From positions 3,150,001 to 3,182,000 of the forward strand of contig NC_009664.2 in the NCBI RefSeq assembly GCF_000017305.1: 32,000 bases of DNA. The letters run 5' to 3'. The DNA comes from Kineococcus radiotolerans SRS30216 = ATCC BAA-149. Its GTDB lineage: Bacteria > Actinomycetota > Actinomycetes > Actinomycetales > Kineococcaceae. Made by a program: the position numbers and the translations under genes. Under the pieces are notes generated by a model. The model ran no database searches and was not told the DNA's origin. It saw only the letters and a list, made by a program, of their open reading frames with translations. Shown piece by piece: positions 30,889 through 32,000 of this stretch (positions are counted from its first letter, which is position 1; each line of letters starts with the position of its first letter).

Positions 30889-32000
30889 TCACGTCCCGGG
30901 GCCCGTCACGTCCCGCGGCCCCTCGCCCGCCGCGTCGGCGGGGCGGTACGGCAGCTCCAGCTGAGCCGCCTGCGGCACCGGGCCCGGGGACCGTTCCCGC
31001 CGGCGCCCCGAGCGGCGCCGGGTGGTCCCCACCGCCCCCTCCCGCTTGGCCCGGTACATCGCCCCGTCGGCGTCGGCGAGGAGGTCGTCGGGGGTGGTGC
31101 CCTCCCCGCTGAGGGCGATCCCGATGCTGGCCGAGACCACGATCTCGGTGCCGGCGCAGGCCACGGGCTCGGCCAGCGCCCGGCGCAGCCGGGTGACGAC
31201 GCCGTCCAGGCCGTGCGACAGCTCCTCCGGGCTGGACTGGGGGAGGTCCTCGCAGAGCAGGACGAACTCGTCCCCGGCCAGCCGCGCCAGCGTGTCCTCG
31301 CCCCGCAGCGCGGCCTGCAGGCGGTGGGCGACCGTGACGAGGACGGTGTCCCCGGCGGCGTGCCCGTACGTGTCGTTGACGGCCTTGAACCGGTCGAGGT
31401 CGATGAACAGGCAGGCCACGGACTCCCGGCGGCGCCGGGCCGCGGCCAGCGCCCGGTCCAGGCGGTCGAAGAGCAGCACCCGGTTGGGCAGGCCGGTCAG
31501 CGCGTCGTGGGCGCTGTGGTGGGCCAGCTCCCGTTCCGCGCGCCGCGCCTCGTCGCGGTCGGCCGCCATCACCAGGTAGGACGCGGTGACCTGGGCCAGC
31601 AGCCGCGTCCAGGTGAGCTCGGGCAGCTGCCACGTCCCCGCCTCGCGCCGGTACAGGTCGAGCGCGCCCCAGACCCGGCCGCGGGCCACGAGCGGGAGCG
31701 CGACGACCGACCGGAAGCCCAGGTCGAGGACCGCGGGGACGTACTCCTCCCACGCGGTCTGGACCGGGTCCTCCAGGTCGTCCACGACCACCTCGACCTG
31801 GAAGGCCATCGCGTCCTGGCAGGGGCCCTCCTGCAGCACCTGCTGCAACCGCTCGGGCCCTGCGACCGCGGGCGGGTGGGCGTGCACGAAGCGCGCGGTC
31901 CCGCCGCCGTCCTCGTCGAGGACCATGACGCCGACGCCGTCGACGGCGAGGTGGCGGCCGGCGACGTCGGCGAGGCCGCGCAGGAGCTCGTCGGGGGTGG
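30889..32000 (-). CDS. GAF-GGDEF diguanylate cyclase (5' end outside window)
   Basis: The reading frame stays open to the window edge upstream of the listed Met at 31926 (reads ...PPDELLRGLADVAGRHLAVDGVGVMVLDEDGG). A GAF-like region is followed by DALTGLPNR, FIDLDRFKAVND, an RGED I-site, and the active-site variant AGDEF. Confidence 0.85.
   Translation of the reverse strand, partial: TPDELLRGLADVAGRHLAVDGVGVMVLDEDGGGTARFVHAHPPAVAGPERLQQVLQEGPCQDAMAFQVEVVVDDLEDPVQTAWEEYVPAVLDLGFRSVVALPLVARGRVWGALDLYRREAGTWQLPELTWTRLLAQVTASYLVMAADRDEARRAERELAHHSAHDALTGLPNRVLLFDRLDRALAAARRRRESVACLFIDLDRFKAVNDTYGHAAGDTVLVTVAHRLQAALRGEDTLARLAGDEFVLLCEDLPQSSPEELSHGLDGVVTRLRRALAEPVACAGTEIVVSASIGIALSGEGTTPDDLLADADGAMYRAKREGAVGTTRRRSGRRRERSPGPVPQAAQLELPYRPADAAGEGPRDVTGPGT

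Overview
This is a very GC-rich, densely coding chromosomal segment that looks like an Actinomycetota genome. It has many GTG starts, frequent GTGA stop/start overlaps, and very long stop-free antisense ORFs that are compositional artefacts. I call 37 protein genes (2 cut by the window edges) and one tRNA-Leu(UAG). I see no rRNA, CRISPR, transposase, integrase or phage genes. Layout: 1-8.8 kb is a housekeeping block (DUF3039 tail, SF2 helicase, SRPBCC, TerB, DUF2510-RDD, pncA-pncB, then clpS-DUF2017-murI-rph-rdgB), in the same order as the mycobacterial pncB/clpS...murI/rph/rdgB region. 8.8-12.8 kb holds a membrane-anchored molybdopterin oxidoreductase, a fasciclin lipoprotein and sigK-rskA (ECF sigma / anti-sigma). 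12.8-16 kb holds tRNA-Leu, bcp, DUF3618, a GroES paralogue, and a P450 overlapping RidA. 16-20 kb holds two unknown proteins, a LysR regulator, and an AztD-like/AztC-like zinc chaperone plus binding-protein pair with no transporter genes nearby. 20-24.9 kb holds a GH13 alpha-glucan enzyme, LacI, YitT and Lrp. 24.9-27.2 kb holds STAS, PAS-GAF-ANTAR and an RsbW-like ATPase. 27.3-32 kb holds a secreted beta-helix protein, LacI, a 1-Cys OhrR-like MarR and a partial GAF-GGDEF. My best candidates for something undescribed are: (1) the STAS / ANTAR / anti-sigma-kinase trio, which has no sigma factor and a non-phosphorylatable STAS; (2) two matched SigK-type promoters that place a sulfite-oxidase-family enzyme in the fasciclin/SigK regulon; (3) a near-identical 18/19-nt motif built from back-to-back stop codons that flanks a two-gene cassette. 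TANNNT boxes sit 6-7 nt upstream of 8 start codons, which suggests widespread leaderless transcription. All functional calls come from reading the translations, and no database search was possible.
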